Notes under the pieces: model-generated
Database searches by the model: none
Seen by the model: only the letters and a program-made list of their open reading frames with translations
What the model was told of the DNA's origin: nothing
Part shown: piece by piece, positions 15,375 through 29,780 of the stretch
Layout: every line of letters begins with the position of its first letter
Numbering within the stretch: position 1 is the first letter of the stretch
Made by a program: the position numbers and the translations under genes
Assembly (NCBI GenBank): GCA_964016885.1
Contig: OZ024746.1
Coordinates: forward strand, 71,858,001-71,922,000
Length of the DNA: 64,000 nucleotides
Reading direction: 5' to 3'
DNA from: Eledone cirrhosa
Taxonomy: Eukaryota

Positions 15375-15378
<4 letters not shown>
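14941..15378 (+). mobile_element. PLE pseudo-LTR with hammerhead motif, ending in (TA)n
   Basis: Directly follows the GIY-YIG stop codon. GTCA-CTGAAGA-GGTCACAGAATGTGTGAC-GTAA(GAAA mutated)-GAACTT-TGAC at ~15142-15184. Near-identical copy at 32945-33420. Confidence 0.8.
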
Positions 15379-15467
<89 letters not shown>

Positions 15468-15530
15468 CATATACATATGTATATATATATATATATAATT
15501 ATATATATATACACACATATGTGTATATAA

Positions 15531-15720
15531 GGCGGTGGATTGGCAGTATCGGTAGAGAGTCGGACGCCATGCTTTGTAGCATAGAGTTGCGCCCCTTTAT
15601 GATCTGAGTTCAAATCCCGCCGAGGTTAACTTTGCCTTTCATCCTTACGGGTCGATAAAATAAAGTACCAGTAATACACTGAGATAATTGCTGGCCTTGT
15701 GCCAAAAGTAGAAACAATTA
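15531..15720 (+). mobile_element. tRNA-derived SINE (MetaSINE-like)
   Basis: Full copy of the 6012-6205 family. Confidence 0.85.
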
Positions 15721-15890
15721 TATGTATATATATATATATATATATACACACACGCATTATACGTGAACGCATAAACATATATGTGTGTCTGTCCGTATCC
15801 CTCTGGGTGTATATGCGTGTCTGTGTCAGTGGGTGTCAATCAGTGTGTGTGTGTGTATGCGTGTCTCTGTGTGTGAATGTGTGTGTGTGT

Positions 15891-15930
<40 letters not shown>

Positions 15931-16302
15931 CTCTGTGTTCAATTTGGACCCGCAAGCAGTCAGTTGATGTAAGATGTGTCAAAAGAAAGGTGAGACGGAG
16001 CTAAACGTGGACCAAAGAATTACTGAAACATTATACCGCCTTTCTTTATATTTTATATTTATATCTTCAGTGGCAAATCACCAACAGATCTTGAGGTAAG
16101 AGTGGATATAGACGTTTAAGTTTACTGGGAATAGAGGATGGTGAGTGGGTTTGGGTTATGTCAGGCTGTGTCGATTTGTCTAGTGCTCTCACACGGCTAC
16201 AATGATTGCTGTGACATGATCACAGCTTAAGATACCATAGCGAGACTTATATGTGTTTATTTAATGTACATTAACATATTGTATATTCTTTCATATACTC
16301 TT

Positions 16303-16362
<60 letters not shown>

Positions 16363-17202
16363 CATATATACATATATATATATATCTCTGTGTTGTGTGT
16401 GTGTGTGTGTGTGTGTGTACATATAGATATATGCATATATATATATCTGTGTGTTGTGTGTGTCTGTGTGTGTGTGTGTGTGTGTGTATGTGTGTGTATG
16501 TGTATTTACAAATTTATATAAAACAAACAAAAAAAAACTAAAACAAATTTAACTATTGAATACAACATATACAAATGCAAGTAGTAATAATGATACCAAG
16601 AAGAAGAAGAAGAAGAAGAAGAAGAAGAAGAAGAAGAAGAAGAAGAAGAAGAAGAAGATTTGGCTGAAGATGGATGATGTATGTGTGTAAAAAAATATAT
16701 GTAAAAGTAGTATCACATACGTTGGTTTCGTATTTCCCCGAATGTTCCTGTCAGTTTAAACGTAAGTGAGATATCAATGAGACGACGATGTTAGTTGGCG
16801 GGAAATGCGATAGATGAGAAGGAAAATTAATCAGAACGACGCCATCTTGTTTCATGGCGTCTCCGTTGTTTGCCGTGTATTTTTTCTTCTCGTTTACTCT
16901 CTGTTTTATGTGACACATGCCGTTGTTACTGTACAGTGAGGGCATATAATGTGGACAGAGATAAACAAACTGATCGATATAGATAGATAGATAGCTATAG
17001 ATAGTTACATAGAGATTAAGACAGAGAAAGAGAGAGAGAGAGGGGAGAGAGAGAGAGAAGAAGACAGACAGAGAGAGAGGAAAATAGACAGAGATAAAAT
17101 GGACGGATTGGTGGATGGGTGAAGAGAGAGTAAGAGATTCATTGTTATGTGATGTGTATATGAAAAAAAGACGCACACACACACACAAAGACAGACAGAC
17201 AA

Positions 17203-17235
<33 letters not shown>

Positions 17236-17240
<5 letters not shown>

Positions 17241-17513
17241 TCTTTATTAGCCACAGGGGCACAAAAGAAGGGGACAAATACAAAGGGGGAAGTTTACATA
17301 CAATAAAAACGTGTAAAATGTTATCACAGATGGAATTTAAAAGTTAGTCGATTTTCCCCAATAGATAATAGATAGATAGATATATTTCTTTATTAGCCAC
17401 AGGGGCACAAAAGAAGGGGACAAATACAAAGGGGGAAGTTTACATACAATAAAAACGTGTAAAATGTTATCACAGATGGAATTTAAAAGTTAGTCGATTT
17501 TCCCCAATAGATA

Positions 17514-17560
<47 letters not shown>

Positions 17561-17621
17561 TATTTCTTTATTAGCCACAGGGGCACAAAAGAAGGGGACA
17601 AATACAAAGGGGGAACAATAT

Positions 17622-17675
<54 letters not shown>

Positions 17676-18597
17676 TTCTTTATTAGCCACAAGGGCGCAA
17701 CAAGAAAGGGGACAATACAAAGACATGCCGGGGATTTTACATACAGTCGTGTAAAAAATATAAAAACAAACAATTTCAACAATCGAAATCCCCAATAGGG
17801 GGGAGGCGCCACAAATGGGTTGTTTAATACCCCGTCGATAGAACAACCCTCAACTCAAGGAGCGTGTTGTGCAAGTGCTCCTTTCTTCCTTTTGCTCTCT
17901 TCCTCAACCTACAGGCTTATAAACAGAGAAGGCCCAATCACTCGGGCCATTTTCGCTTCATTCACCCACCTTTCAGTAAATTTACTGGGGTGCAGTGCCT
18001 CTCTCTCCACCCTGATTCTCCTTCTAAAGTGATACTTAAAGAATGGAATCAATTGTTGTCCGGAGAGAAAGGCATCTGTCCTCAGTCCTCTCAACCTCGT
18101 CCACCATATAACTTCTTTCACCATAGCCACCGTACAGAGGAAAACCGCCTCTCTTTCGTTTTTGAAAGAGTCTGGCGGTTTGATCCTTACTATGGACTCG
18201 GCAGTCAACTGTATTTGTCCCATACGCGACAGCAGTTGTTCTGCATAGTTCCACAGGTCGCTTACGCCCGAGCAGTGTACAATTGCGTGCAGAACTGTTT
18301 CAATGTCCTGCGCACATCTTGGACACGTCCTCTTGGAAGGATCCCTGCCAGGGCGTCCGTGCCTGTAGATCTTGTCACGAACTGGTAGAGCTCCTCGGTA
18401 GCACTGCCAGGCCAGGGACCTCTGGAAGTTGTCCATAGGTCCCGGGCGGAAAGTCCTACCAAACATACTGGTGAGCTCATCGTCTTCGACGCCCAGAGTC
18501 TCTCCGAGCACGTCGTCGCCCTTGTAACGTACAATCCCTCTATAGAATGTCGAAGTGGAGTCTCCACTGATTGCTGCGCCCGCTTGCCAGAGGACTG
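17236..18597 (-). mobile_element. 5'-truncated Tx1/L1-clade LINE with tandemly reiterated 3' ends in (ATCT)n
   Basis: ORF 17909-18511 contains the CCHC finger CPRCAQDIETVLHAIVHC and is homologous to 53092-53700. Extra 3'-end copies at ~17240-17365, 17385-17510 and 17565-17615. (ATAG)n on both flanks. Confidence 0.88.
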
Positions 18598-18598
18598 T

Positions 18599-18637
<39 letters not shown>

Positions 18638-18969
18638 GGATAGATAAATAGATAGAAACTACCACAGCTAACAGTTACAATCGAAATTACTTGTACCATG
18701 CTTTCGTGACATGTTTTAGGTACTCTTGCAGTCACGTAAAGATAGACACCCACTCGAAACACCATCATTTTATCAAGTAGAACATCCAAAATGTGTCAGA
18801 TGGAAGGAAAGAAGGCTGCACAATCAGCGAGCCGGTACTTTCTTTATCGACGTCGACATGATAAAAGCAAAAGTAGACCTGCCGCGGGAATAGATCTCAG
18901 AACACAGAGACCGGGAAAATTTACCCACCGTTCTAACGACTCTTCCGAATCGACAGATTTATGTATATT

Positions 18970-19870
18970 CTAGCAGAGTTGCCCGTCGTTGCTAGGCAAT
19001 AATCACAATAGTATGCCTTTATTTCAATTTATTTTTATTCCATGTCAGGCCATGTCTTCCCCGAACGATACTCCCCTTGATGAGGACGGATTTCTTTATT
19101 AATTGGGTCAATTTATAATGTTTGTTGGTTTCCATCTGGTGCATAAATGTAAAGATTTTTCTGACTTCCAACTCTTGAACATTCAACGTAAAGCTGACCA
19201 TGGGTGAAGCAGCGCTCTTCAACGTGTAAACCCGCAACCGAAAGCGTTTGTCCTGATATATTGATGGCCATGGCAAAACTAAGACTCACTGGAAATTGAA
19301 GTTGTTTGAATTGAAATGAGACATCAGTGGGGATAAGAGGAATTCAACATTCTGTTGAAATAGTAGCTTGAATCACGTGTGGATATTTTTCATAACCAAT
19401 CGAGTGCCGTTGGTGGGTCCAAATTCCTCAATAAGGTGAAGGACATTGTGGGGCATTCCTGGTGGTTCTAAAACGTTGAGGACAGATCAAAAACATTTCT
19501 TGGAATTTTTTTTTAACAGCTCTTGATTTATCAATTTCAGTCACATTTTTCGGGGTCAATATAGCCCTTTCATTGAACCACTTGCGAATTGGTATTCAAG
19601 ATTAGGGAACACATTTTCTATGAGATGGAGTAATGATTGCACTATCGTGCCTATGAGATTTATATCAATAGCTGCCTTGCTATCTATGGAAATCTTCCAT
19701 CCCCGAGCATTACTAGATTCTGGGTGAACTGCTCTGATTATTCGTCTCCACCTAGATATTCCCTTGTGTTTGTAGCGAGCCTCAAAACTTTTATAGAAGT
19801 CCAAAGTCTTGATTTTTTTTCGAATAGGCTCGAATTTGATCAATTCTATTGCCTTTTGGAATGACTGGGA
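18970..19870 (-). mobile_element. Helitron remnant: Pif1-like helicase C-terminus and 3' terminus
   Basis: Minus-strand translation gives LIENVFPNL, LEPPGMP, LIPTDVSFQFKQLQFPVSLSFAMAIN..GQTL and CFTHGQLYVECSRV (Helitron Pif1 helicase motifs). It ends in the hairpin GCCTAGCAACGACGGGC followed by AACTCTGCTAG at ~18970. Confidence 0.8.
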
Positions 19871-19897
19871 GGGTTTGTCTAAAATCTCCTCCTCCTC

Positions 19898-19928
<31 letters not shown>

Positions 19929-20231
19929 AACCGTCACCACCACCCGAGAGACACATAGATATATAAAGAGAGGTATTCTGACAGTTGTGGATTCTAATGA
20001 TATTCAATATTGGCGATCTTAAAGTTGATTTATATCTCGTAACAATTACAGTTTTTGATAACTAACAACCCTAAAACATTGGCCTTAGGACGCAGATTGC
20101 GAAAATAAAAACTGTTTTTCGGAGCCTTTGTAAGACATACACAGATACACACATACTCTCTAATTTATGGTATATATGCCCCAGCATGGCCTCAGCCAGA
20201 TGGCTGGAACAGGTAAAAGGGTAAAAGAGTA

Positions 20232-20325
<94 letters not shown>

Positions 20326-20399
20326 ACGTGTGTGTGTATGTGTGTCCGACGCTCTACCGATACTACTGATCAATAATAATAATAATAATTATTATTATT

Positions 20400-21800
20400 A
20401 TTGTTCTTTGAGTCTCAGTCATTGATGTTAGTTAACTGGAAAGTTTGTTGAAATGAATATCAAGCCACTACCTGCAGTCTCAGATGTTCAAGACGTATCG
20501 GAGGGTTCTTGCTGTTCCCAGCAAGCATGCCTTTTGAAGCGTTCCAAAAAGCGTGGCGGAGTCAATTTTCTTTAACCATCCCTGGAAACTTTTTGAGATA
20601 GTCCCTAGTGCGCCTATGACAATCGGGACCACTTTGACTTCATGGCAGTTCCAAATCCTTTTTACCTCCCACTTTAAGTCCTGGTATCGGTTAATTTTCT
20701 CCCTCTCCTTCTCTTGCACTCTCGTGTCGAATGGGCAGGCCACATCCACAATCAGGCACGATCTTTTTTCCTTGTCCAAAACCACCAGGTCAGGTCTATT
20801 GTGTTCTAGTTTCTTGTCCGTCTGCATCCTAAAATCCCACAGCACCTTCACCTGATCGTTTTCTATCACCGACTCTGGCTTATGCTCATACCACTTCTCA
20901 GAATGTGGTAAATTGTTTACTTTACGTAGGTGCCAGTGGATCATCCTGCCCATCACATCATGTCTCCAGCCTTTATAGTGAGGCTGGGCTAGGTGTTTAC
21001 ACTCGGATACAATGTGAGCCACAGTCTCCTCTCTCTCTCTCTCTCCACAGATCCTGCACAGTGGGCTAGCCTCCTCCTTGTAAAGATGGTGTTTCAACCA
21101 CTTCATTTTGAGGGCCTGCTCTTGCGCAGCCATTAGCATTCCTTCTGTAGCCTTTTTAAGGTCTCCTCTTTTCAACCAGTTCCATGTCTGTGGATCTCTG
21201 AATTCAGTTTTCTCAAAGAAGGTACTATGAGGGGATTTTTCATGAAGTCTGCTCTTTCTCCTTGTTGTTATTTCCTCCTTGGACATCCCCTGGTCTATTG
21301 TCCTCTCCTTCAGTACAATTCTGAGCATTGGCTCCTTACTATCAGTCACGTATTTGTGTAGGTTGTTTTTCTCCATCTGAACACAGTCCTCTATGCTGAT
21401 AAGACCTCTTCCACCTTCATATCTCCTTAAGTAGAGTCTATCGACATCACTGCTCTTGTGGAACATGTTGTAGATAGTCAATAGCTTCCTAGTCTTCCTA
21501 TCCATTTCTTTTTGTTCAGCAACATTCCATCTCAGAATTCCCGCACTGTACCTAATAATAGACACAGCTCGGGAATTTACTGCACTTATGGCATTCCTAC
21601 TATTCAGATGTGACTTTAATACGCTCCTTACTCTCCGAATGTATTCAGATCTTATCAATTCCTTCATTTTTTTGTTCTTGATGTCATCAGCCTCCAAAAC
21701 ACCCAAATACCTGTATCCTTCTTCAGTGTCAATTTCCTTTATCATCTCACCTGTTGGTACCTGGATTCCGAATAATCTGTGGTACAAAAGGTACCACAGA
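20400..21800 (-). mobile_element. 5'-truncated RLE non-LTR retrotransposon (R4/Dong-like) in (TAA)n
   Basis: Open frame 20480-~21790: RT end YRYLGVLE, GGRGL, CCHC finger CRICGE...ETVAHIVSEC, RHD, and PD-(D/E)xK nuclease NRPDLVVLDK...VDVACP...KYQDL-like, IVIGALG. (AAT)n at both junctions. Confidence 0.92.
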
Positions 21801-21819
21801 TTATTATTATTATTATTAT

Positions 21820-22380
21820 CGAACACCTGCTGTCACGTGTAGGACGGATCCAGCTATCAGCTGAGTCCATCGTGAGGATTGCCCCGCCCTCTTCCTTTAG
21901 CCGGGAAGGGCAGGCAGTTTTCATCTGTCTGGTGGCCATGGTGAAAGAGATAGTATGGTGGACACGGTGATGCCCTGATTAACTTTTTCAAATTTCATTT
22001 GAAAAGGAAAATCAGGGTAGAGAGGGAAGTGCTCTCTTCCCAGCATTTTGTTGAAAGATGGGTGAGAGAAGCAAGTATGGCCCGAAAGAATGGGCCTACT
22101 CTGAGTATGTGTCTGTAAATTAAAGGTGGAAAACTGGGAGAGGGCACTTTCCCTGGTGGTCAGGGTCACTGTGGCCTTTTAATGGGCTTTCTCCACAAAT
22201 GTCCCTCGGAAGTCTCCCCCCTATTGGGGAATTTTTCATTGTTATTTTTTATTACATCCTCCTTTTTTTTTACACGCAGAAATGCCCATTTGTACCGTCC
22301 TGTATTGTCCTGTAATGTCCTTAATGTCTACTTTATGTAAACCCTTGTGGTTAATAAAGAAAGCATTATTATTATTATTA
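21820..22380 (+). mobile_element. 3' fragment of a different Tx1 subfamily with (ATT)n tail
   Basis: EHLLSRVGRIQLSAESIVRIAPP..EGQAVFICLVAMVKEIVWWTR. The 3' UTR ends CTTGTGGTTAATAAAGAAAGC then (ATT)n. Confidence 0.8.
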
Positions 22381-22384
22381 TTAT

Positions 22385-22505
22385 TCTCAGAGTTCAAATC
22401 CCGCTGAGGTTGACTTTGCCTTTCATCCTTACGGGGTTGATAAAATAAAGTACCAGTAATGCACTGGGTAATTTGCTGGCCTTGTGCCTAAAGTAGAAAC
22501 AATTA
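22385..22505 (+). mobile_element. 5'-truncated tRNA-derived SINE
   Basis: B-box onward of the 6012 family, flanked by (ATT)n. Confidence 0.75.
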
Positions 22506-22580
22506 TTATTATTATTATTATACATACATACATACATACATACATACATACATACATACATACATACATACATACATACA

Positions 22581-22935
22581 TGTAAACGTTGTCAGAAAAA
22601 TACAGGAGAAGGAGGACATCTACGGACCATTGATGAGGAGCTTACAAATCCAGTATCCAAGATACACCTTTAGCTTCATACCCATCATTATTGGTGCTAC
22701 GGGTTATATACCAACCCGCTTGGACCAAAGTATGACCGAACTTGGATTTGCGGACAAAAAGCGCAGCTCCCTAATTCATAGTCTACAAATGGCTGCGATA
22801 GCTGGCACCTTCAAAATATGCAAAACATTCTTGCGATTCAAGGGATGACAATTTCTTTTCTTTTACAACCTTGCCACCAGGAAGGTGGCCGGTCAAAAAA
22901 ATATACTCGAAATTAAGAGAAAGAGAAAACATACA
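22581..22935 (+). mobile_element. 3' end of a second RLE (R4/Dong-group) retroelement embedded in (TACA)n
   Basis: KIQEKEDIYGPLMRSLQIQYP...FIPIIIGATG...LQMAAIAGTFKICKTFL is an RLE C-terminus. (TACA)n lies immediately 5' and ACATACATACAT immediately 3'. Confidence 0.75.
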
Positions 22936-25094
22936 TACATACATATACAAATTCATATACATATATAAGAGAATAACTCCAGAATCATTTACCACCACAA
23001 CTATAACTATACAGCCACCAGTACTACAACTACTGGAGCAAATTGGCCCCATACGGCTTAACAGGCAGCAAATTTACTGTAATGTGTCAATGACATTAGA
23101 GAACTTCGTACATCATCAATGTTGATGTTCTGTCTCGTTCTGGACTACGGTATTTGTTTTTGTTTGTTTCGATTTTTTCTGTTTTTAAGTTACACCATGA
23201 AACACGAAGGTAGTCGCCATATTTGTATCAGGTATCGTCTGTTTCAATTAAAAACTAACAGCTTCAATGGTATATATAATATTGCTTTCTCGTTGATTAA
23301 AACGAAAGGAAATGGTGGCCAATTAGCAGAATTCTTAGAATGTTGGATTAAACGCTGAGGGATTTGTTCCGAATCCCTGCAAGCTGAGTTCAAATCCCGC
23401 TGGGGTCAAATGTGCCTTTCATTCTTTCGCGGGTCGAAAAGTAAATAAAATACCAGTCCAGGAACGGTGGATTGGTGGGATTGTTAAAGAGTTCAGCATG
23501 ACGTTTTGCGGTGTCTGTGCGAACTGAGTCGAAATCCTTTCTTTTTACCGGAAGTTGTAGCCGGCAGATAGTATCAGCAACGGAAATACCAATAGAAATA
23601 CAGTTTCCTTGATCTGATCAGACGATCAGCTCCCTTCTTTTCCTGTTTTTTTTTCTTGGTGATTAAAAACAATTTGTTTTAGGATGGGCAATAACAAGGG
23701 CGAATTATAAAGAAAGGGGTGGAGGATATAATATACGGAAGGAAGAAGTATTCGATTCATTATAAGTACCAATCACTATTTTTAAGTCGTCTGCATCTCT
23801 CCATACATTTTTCCAAACTATTTTAGGTTTAATGAATGAAAGGCAGCGTTTGGAACCCCAGTGAGATGTGGAGTTAATATCCGTAAAACGCTGAAATACA
23901 GCATAGTATACACAGATAACACATACATACATACATACATACATACATACATACATACATACATACATACATACATACATACATACATACATACGTACAT
24001 GCATACATACACATATACATACATATATACCATTATACATACATACACACACACAAACATAAATATATATGCGTGTGTGTGTGTACATGTGTGTGTGTGT
24101 GTGTGTGTGCATGAGTGAGTGTGTATACATGCACAGAAAGTGTCTGTGATGTTTGTTTATAGGCTTCCCTTTCTAGACATCATTGGCCCTCTGGTGGAAT
24201 AATTTAATAGCATAAACCACTATTATGGAACTTTCAACACTTATATGACATTAACACTTCCGGTCCTGCAGTACGCCATTTTCACAAAGCCAGTACATAC
24301 ATACATCTGTGTGTGTGTGTGGGGGGGGGGGGGGGGGGGGGCGTGTTCAAACACAAAACGTATGTATACATATATATATGTGTGTGAGTGTGTGTGTGTG
24401 TATACATACATACATACATACATACATACATACATACATACAGTTGTGTACATAAGTATAAAATACGATGTAATAGCGACTTCTTCTTTCAGTAGGCGGT
24501 GGTAATGGTGGTTGTGTTGGTGGTGGTGGTGGTGGTGATGGTGGTGGTGGTGGTGGAGCTGCTGCTGCTGGTGCCTATGATGGTGGTGGTAGTGGTGGTT
24601 GTGTTGGTGGTGGTGGTGGTGGTGGTGGTGATGGTGGTGGTGCTGCGGGTGCTGGTGACGGTGGCGTTGGTGGTTGTGATGGTCGTCGGTGAGTACATCA
24701 TGTAGATTTGATGTTTAAGATACTGGTTGTGTTAAAATACCTAATTCCATGTTAGTAATTAATCTGCCAACCTAGGCACCTGGCGTAGTGTTAATGGGGC
24801 TGGAGGAACAGCCGTTTTAACTTGGTTTCCTGAAGTTTCTCTCATGGTACTAACTTGTGGAACACCAGACTTCGCTCTTGGAACTTTACCTCTCCATCAT
24901 ACATGTTCTCTATCTACCCGTGCATCAAGTACAACCATAATTCGTAAAAACTAACTTCATACATATATATACACACACACACACACATACACATATATAA
25001 AGAGAGAGAGAGCGACACACACACACACACACATACACATATATAAAGAGAGAGAGAGCGACACACACACACACACACACACACATATATGTAT

Positions 25095-25165
<71 letters not shown>

Positions 25166-25453
25166 ATATACACTGAGCAAATTATAGTAATGCTATCATA
25201 TCTTTAGAGTTACGGCCCTTGCCATTCTGAGTTCGAATCCCGCCGCGGTTAACTTTGCCTTTCATCCTTACGGGGTCGATAAAATAAAGTACCAGTAATT
25301 CACTGGGTGATTGCTGGCCTTGTGCCAAAAGTAGAAACAATTATATATAAACATAGAGTATATGCTTTCAGATACACCCCTATTAGGCTTAACGCTCTCT
25401 TAGTGGGTACTGCCAATAGATATACATATATATATATACATATATATATATAT

Positions 25454-25512
<59 letters not shown>

Positions 25513-25529
25513 CATATATATATATGTAC

Positions 25530-25724
<195 letters not shown>

Positions 25725-25884
25725 ATAATCAATTTACACTACAAAGAATATAACGAACTCATAAGTAATAGGTCGCGCGTTTCAATGACTAAAATGTGTC
25801 ATCAAGTCGCTTTTGGAAATTTGTTTACAGACTTGAGTTACTCTAAAATTTATAATCTGTTTATGATTTCACCAACTAAATCTA

Positions 25885-25947
<63 letters not shown>

Positions 25948-26015
25948 CCCTCTTTGAATTTTAATCTTCAAATTTATTATTATTACTATATATATATATA
26001 TGTATATATGTATAG

Positions 26016-26103
<88 letters not shown>

Positions 26104-26423
26104 GTGAAAGCAGCGATTCTTTGCTTAAAATTTAATCTGTTATTTTAATAAATATATATATATATATATATACATGTGCATATACATATTCATATACATG
26201 TACATATACATATACAAATACATATATATGTATATGTTGGCAAGATGAAATTTTCAAAAAATTGCAACATCCCAACATCAACATTATTAAGAAGAAAAAA
26301 TACACGAGACGCAATAACTACAACATAAGAAGCCATGGTATCATGTGACTTATGGCAACAACTTCGGTAAACGGAAAATATTTGGGTGGGAATTGAAATA
26401 CACTTTCATATAATTAATTACAT

Positions 26424-26476
<53 letters not shown>

Positions 26477-26600
26477 ATATTATACATGTATATATATTCA
26501 TGTAAATATATGTAAATGTATATGATGTTTGATATTTTGACATATTTACATATGTATTTGCGTTACTAAAGGTTTGTCTGCATACATGTATATATGTATA

Positions 26601-26641
<41 letters not shown>

Positions 26642-26766
26642 TATGTATGTATATATTTGTGTGTATATGGTACACAAACAGGAAAACAAAGTGTCATTAT
26701 GGAATGCCATATTTAATTAATGTGAAAAATGCTATTCACTTACACACACGTTTATATATATATATA

Positions 26767-26797
<31 letters not shown>

Positions 26798-27883
26798 GTG
26801 TACATATATATACATATGTATATATATATATGTGTGTAATTAGATAAATAGATAGATATAGCTAGATAGATATTTATATATTATATGTATTTATGTATGT
26901 CTACATATACACGCACCTATATACATATATATGTGTATACATATGTATGTGTATACATATGTATAAGTATACATACACACATATATACATATATATCATG
27001 TTTATTTGCATTTGTACATATTCGTATATATATAATATGTACATGTTTGCGTGTATGTGTGAATGTGTGTGTCTTTCTCTGAGTGTGCGTGTGCGCGCGC
27101 GTGTGTGTGTTTGTGTATGTGTTTGTGTGTGTGGGGTGTGTGTGTGTTTGCTGTTATAAAAGCTTTAAGAAGACTAAAAGGTCGACAACTAATCCGCAAG
27201 CCATTTAACATTTAATATACTACGCCTGTCCTGTTTCATCTTCTCAAAATACAGCCAGAGCCACCTATTTCCAAGCTAATATTCGGCCAAAAACAAGGAC
27301 GCGGCCGATACGAAACTAAATTCATTATTAGCTTTGCTTGTCCTCCTGCTTCTCGTTCTTTCTCACCCCACTCTCTTTCTAAGGTTGTCTCTCATGTTCA
27401 ATAACATTATTGTAACTGATGTTGTTGTCGTTGTATAATGTTATACTCTCAGTTGCTTCTTCTACTCACCTCTCCTCTTGTCTACAAAACAAACACACCG
27501 ACACTGTTACCCCCTCCTCCCAACATTACCACCGCCATAACAACAACAACAACTACTACTACTACTACTAACCTATATTGAAAATGAAAGACTTCGACCT
27601 GAATTCGACCCTCTAATTTCTTCAGAAATCTAAAGACCAGGAAGCATTAGCACAAGGCAATTTGTCAGACACTCTAACAATTTTGCTAATATCCAGCACT
27701 ATTTTCTGTCGTAAATATTGACACAAATATTCTAAAATCGTTCTTCAGATTGAAAAGGTTCCTGACAGATATCCTAGCTATATAGCTAAAATCATAACCA
27801 CCTCCAACAGAAAAACGGCACCCAACCTATTTAAACTTTTTGCTACGAACCTACATCAAACTGCAGGAAAAGTTATATATATT

Positions 27884-27941
<58 letters not shown>

Positions 27942-27946
27942 TATAT

Positions 27947-28255
27947 AGGATAACAAGGACGATTGGTTACTCCTTCATTACATTTATTGGTAGGTGACGC
28001 GCGTTTCGCCACTGATCAGCTCAAGGTTCGATCTGTATCGATCTTACCCGACTCTATAATCGGCAGCTCGACGGACCCTTTAAAATGCTAGTAGCTAGTA
28101 GTTTAAAATGCTAGCATTTTAAAGGCTTCGTCGAGCTGCCGATTATAGAGTCGGGTAAGATCGATACAGATCGAACCTTGAGCTGATCAGTGGCGAAACG
28201 CACATCACCTACCAATAAATGTAATGAAGGAGTAACCAATCGTCCTTGTTATCCT
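27947..28255. repeat. Fold-back inverted repeat (~140-bp arms) carrying a hammerhead 3' half and AATAAA
   Basis: Arms are reverse complements. The minus strand at 27995-28007 reads GAAACGCGCGTCA, followed by CCTACCAATAAA. Related fragment at ~46880-46930. Confidence 0.85.
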
Positions 28256-28342
28256 TTCAATATATTACACTCTGTATAGCTCTACACCTTAACACAGAAG
28301 TGAACCTAAACATAGAGTGCTCATCCGGGTAAACCTTACACT

Positions 28343-28418
<76 letters not shown>

Positions 28419-29729
28419 GACCAGTGGTAAACAAGTGGTGAACAACGTATTGGAGGCAAAGTGCAGCACTGGATATTGAACTCCCGCCGACCCAGGAGGG
28501 GTCACACCCGACTGTGAATGGATTGCAACCTCCGGAGTCAATAATCTAAACGAAAACCACATGGCGGACATATAAATAACATAGCTGTCATTGACGGGTT
28601 TGGCTGTGAGTTCTCCCTTCTATATATATCTATATATTCTACAGAAATTTGCACTCACTATAATAAACCCGCCTATTATTATAACAATATATGCTCATTC
28701 TGCCATATGTGATTCTGAAAGCGGAGTTTCCTGTATACACTTTTTCTCTATATGTAACGGGATAGCCATCACGATTTGTATTTACTCTGGTACAGTTGTA
28801 TGCTGTGCGATACATTGGTTGAACGCCAACTTGGACATATAGTGAATTCCACCTGGCACGTTGGATTGAGCGACCGAACGTGAGGATTCTGGGGAATATT
28901 GTTTCTGCGGACCTGGCGTGTTTTCAATTTCCTCATATCTGTGCCGGCTGTATATGTACCATACATTTCTTTAACTCGTCGTACTTTCTTTTATTTTTTA
29001 TTTTAGATTTTAGGTGTATATCCCAGACCGCCTATGGTGATACATCCCCTGGGTATAGGTTTTGGAAAAATAGTGTTATCTCACTTAACGTTCGGAACTG
29101 GAACATATCGATGTGGTTCGCAGGGTGCGGATATGATAAGGAGAATCGACCTGCTACAAGGCGATATAATTGGAGTACACCATCCCTCATATGGACTATC
29201 ATACATGTAAGGCTGCACCACTGCTAACCAACCATTCTTTTCACAGACTCATGCTTGCAAACTCTCTTGATCTGCCTGTACACCCTCTTTTTGCACTGCT
29301 TGTGCTTTGATGCATCTATGCTTTGCTTTGTCTTATATTTTTTTTTTGGGGGGGGTTTCCGGGCTTTTTGTCCCTTTATTGTTTTGTATTTTTATATTTA
29401 TCTCTTTTCTTATCCCTGTATTTTTGTACTTTTTTATTATTTTTTTATTATTTTCTTATTGTTTCTGATCATGCTGAGTAATACCCTCACTCATCCCTTG
29501 CTACCCTCTCCCAACCTCTTTATCATCTATTGCACCATTTAAGTGATAAATTTTTGGTGTAATTTTAAATTTTTAAATTTTTAAGACATTTTATGACATT
29601 ATGTGCATCATGTATTCTGTCTTTTTCCATATAGCGCTGGCCTCGCCCCCCCCCCCCCTGCTGGTCCTTTAACCTTGTTCTGGTGACGCAGCTCGATGGA
29701 GCATGCAACTACTGATATACTCATGTTTA

Positions 29730-29780
29730 TAGGCTCTGATGATTCCTGCCATGGTGTATGGATGAAACACTGTTAGCTAA
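29730..29780 (+). ncRNA. Minimal hammerhead ribozyme motif
   Basis: GGCT-CTGATGA-TTCC...GGAT-GAAA-CACTG-TT-AGCT followed by AATAAA, then (TA)n ~50 nt downstream. Confidence 0.6.
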
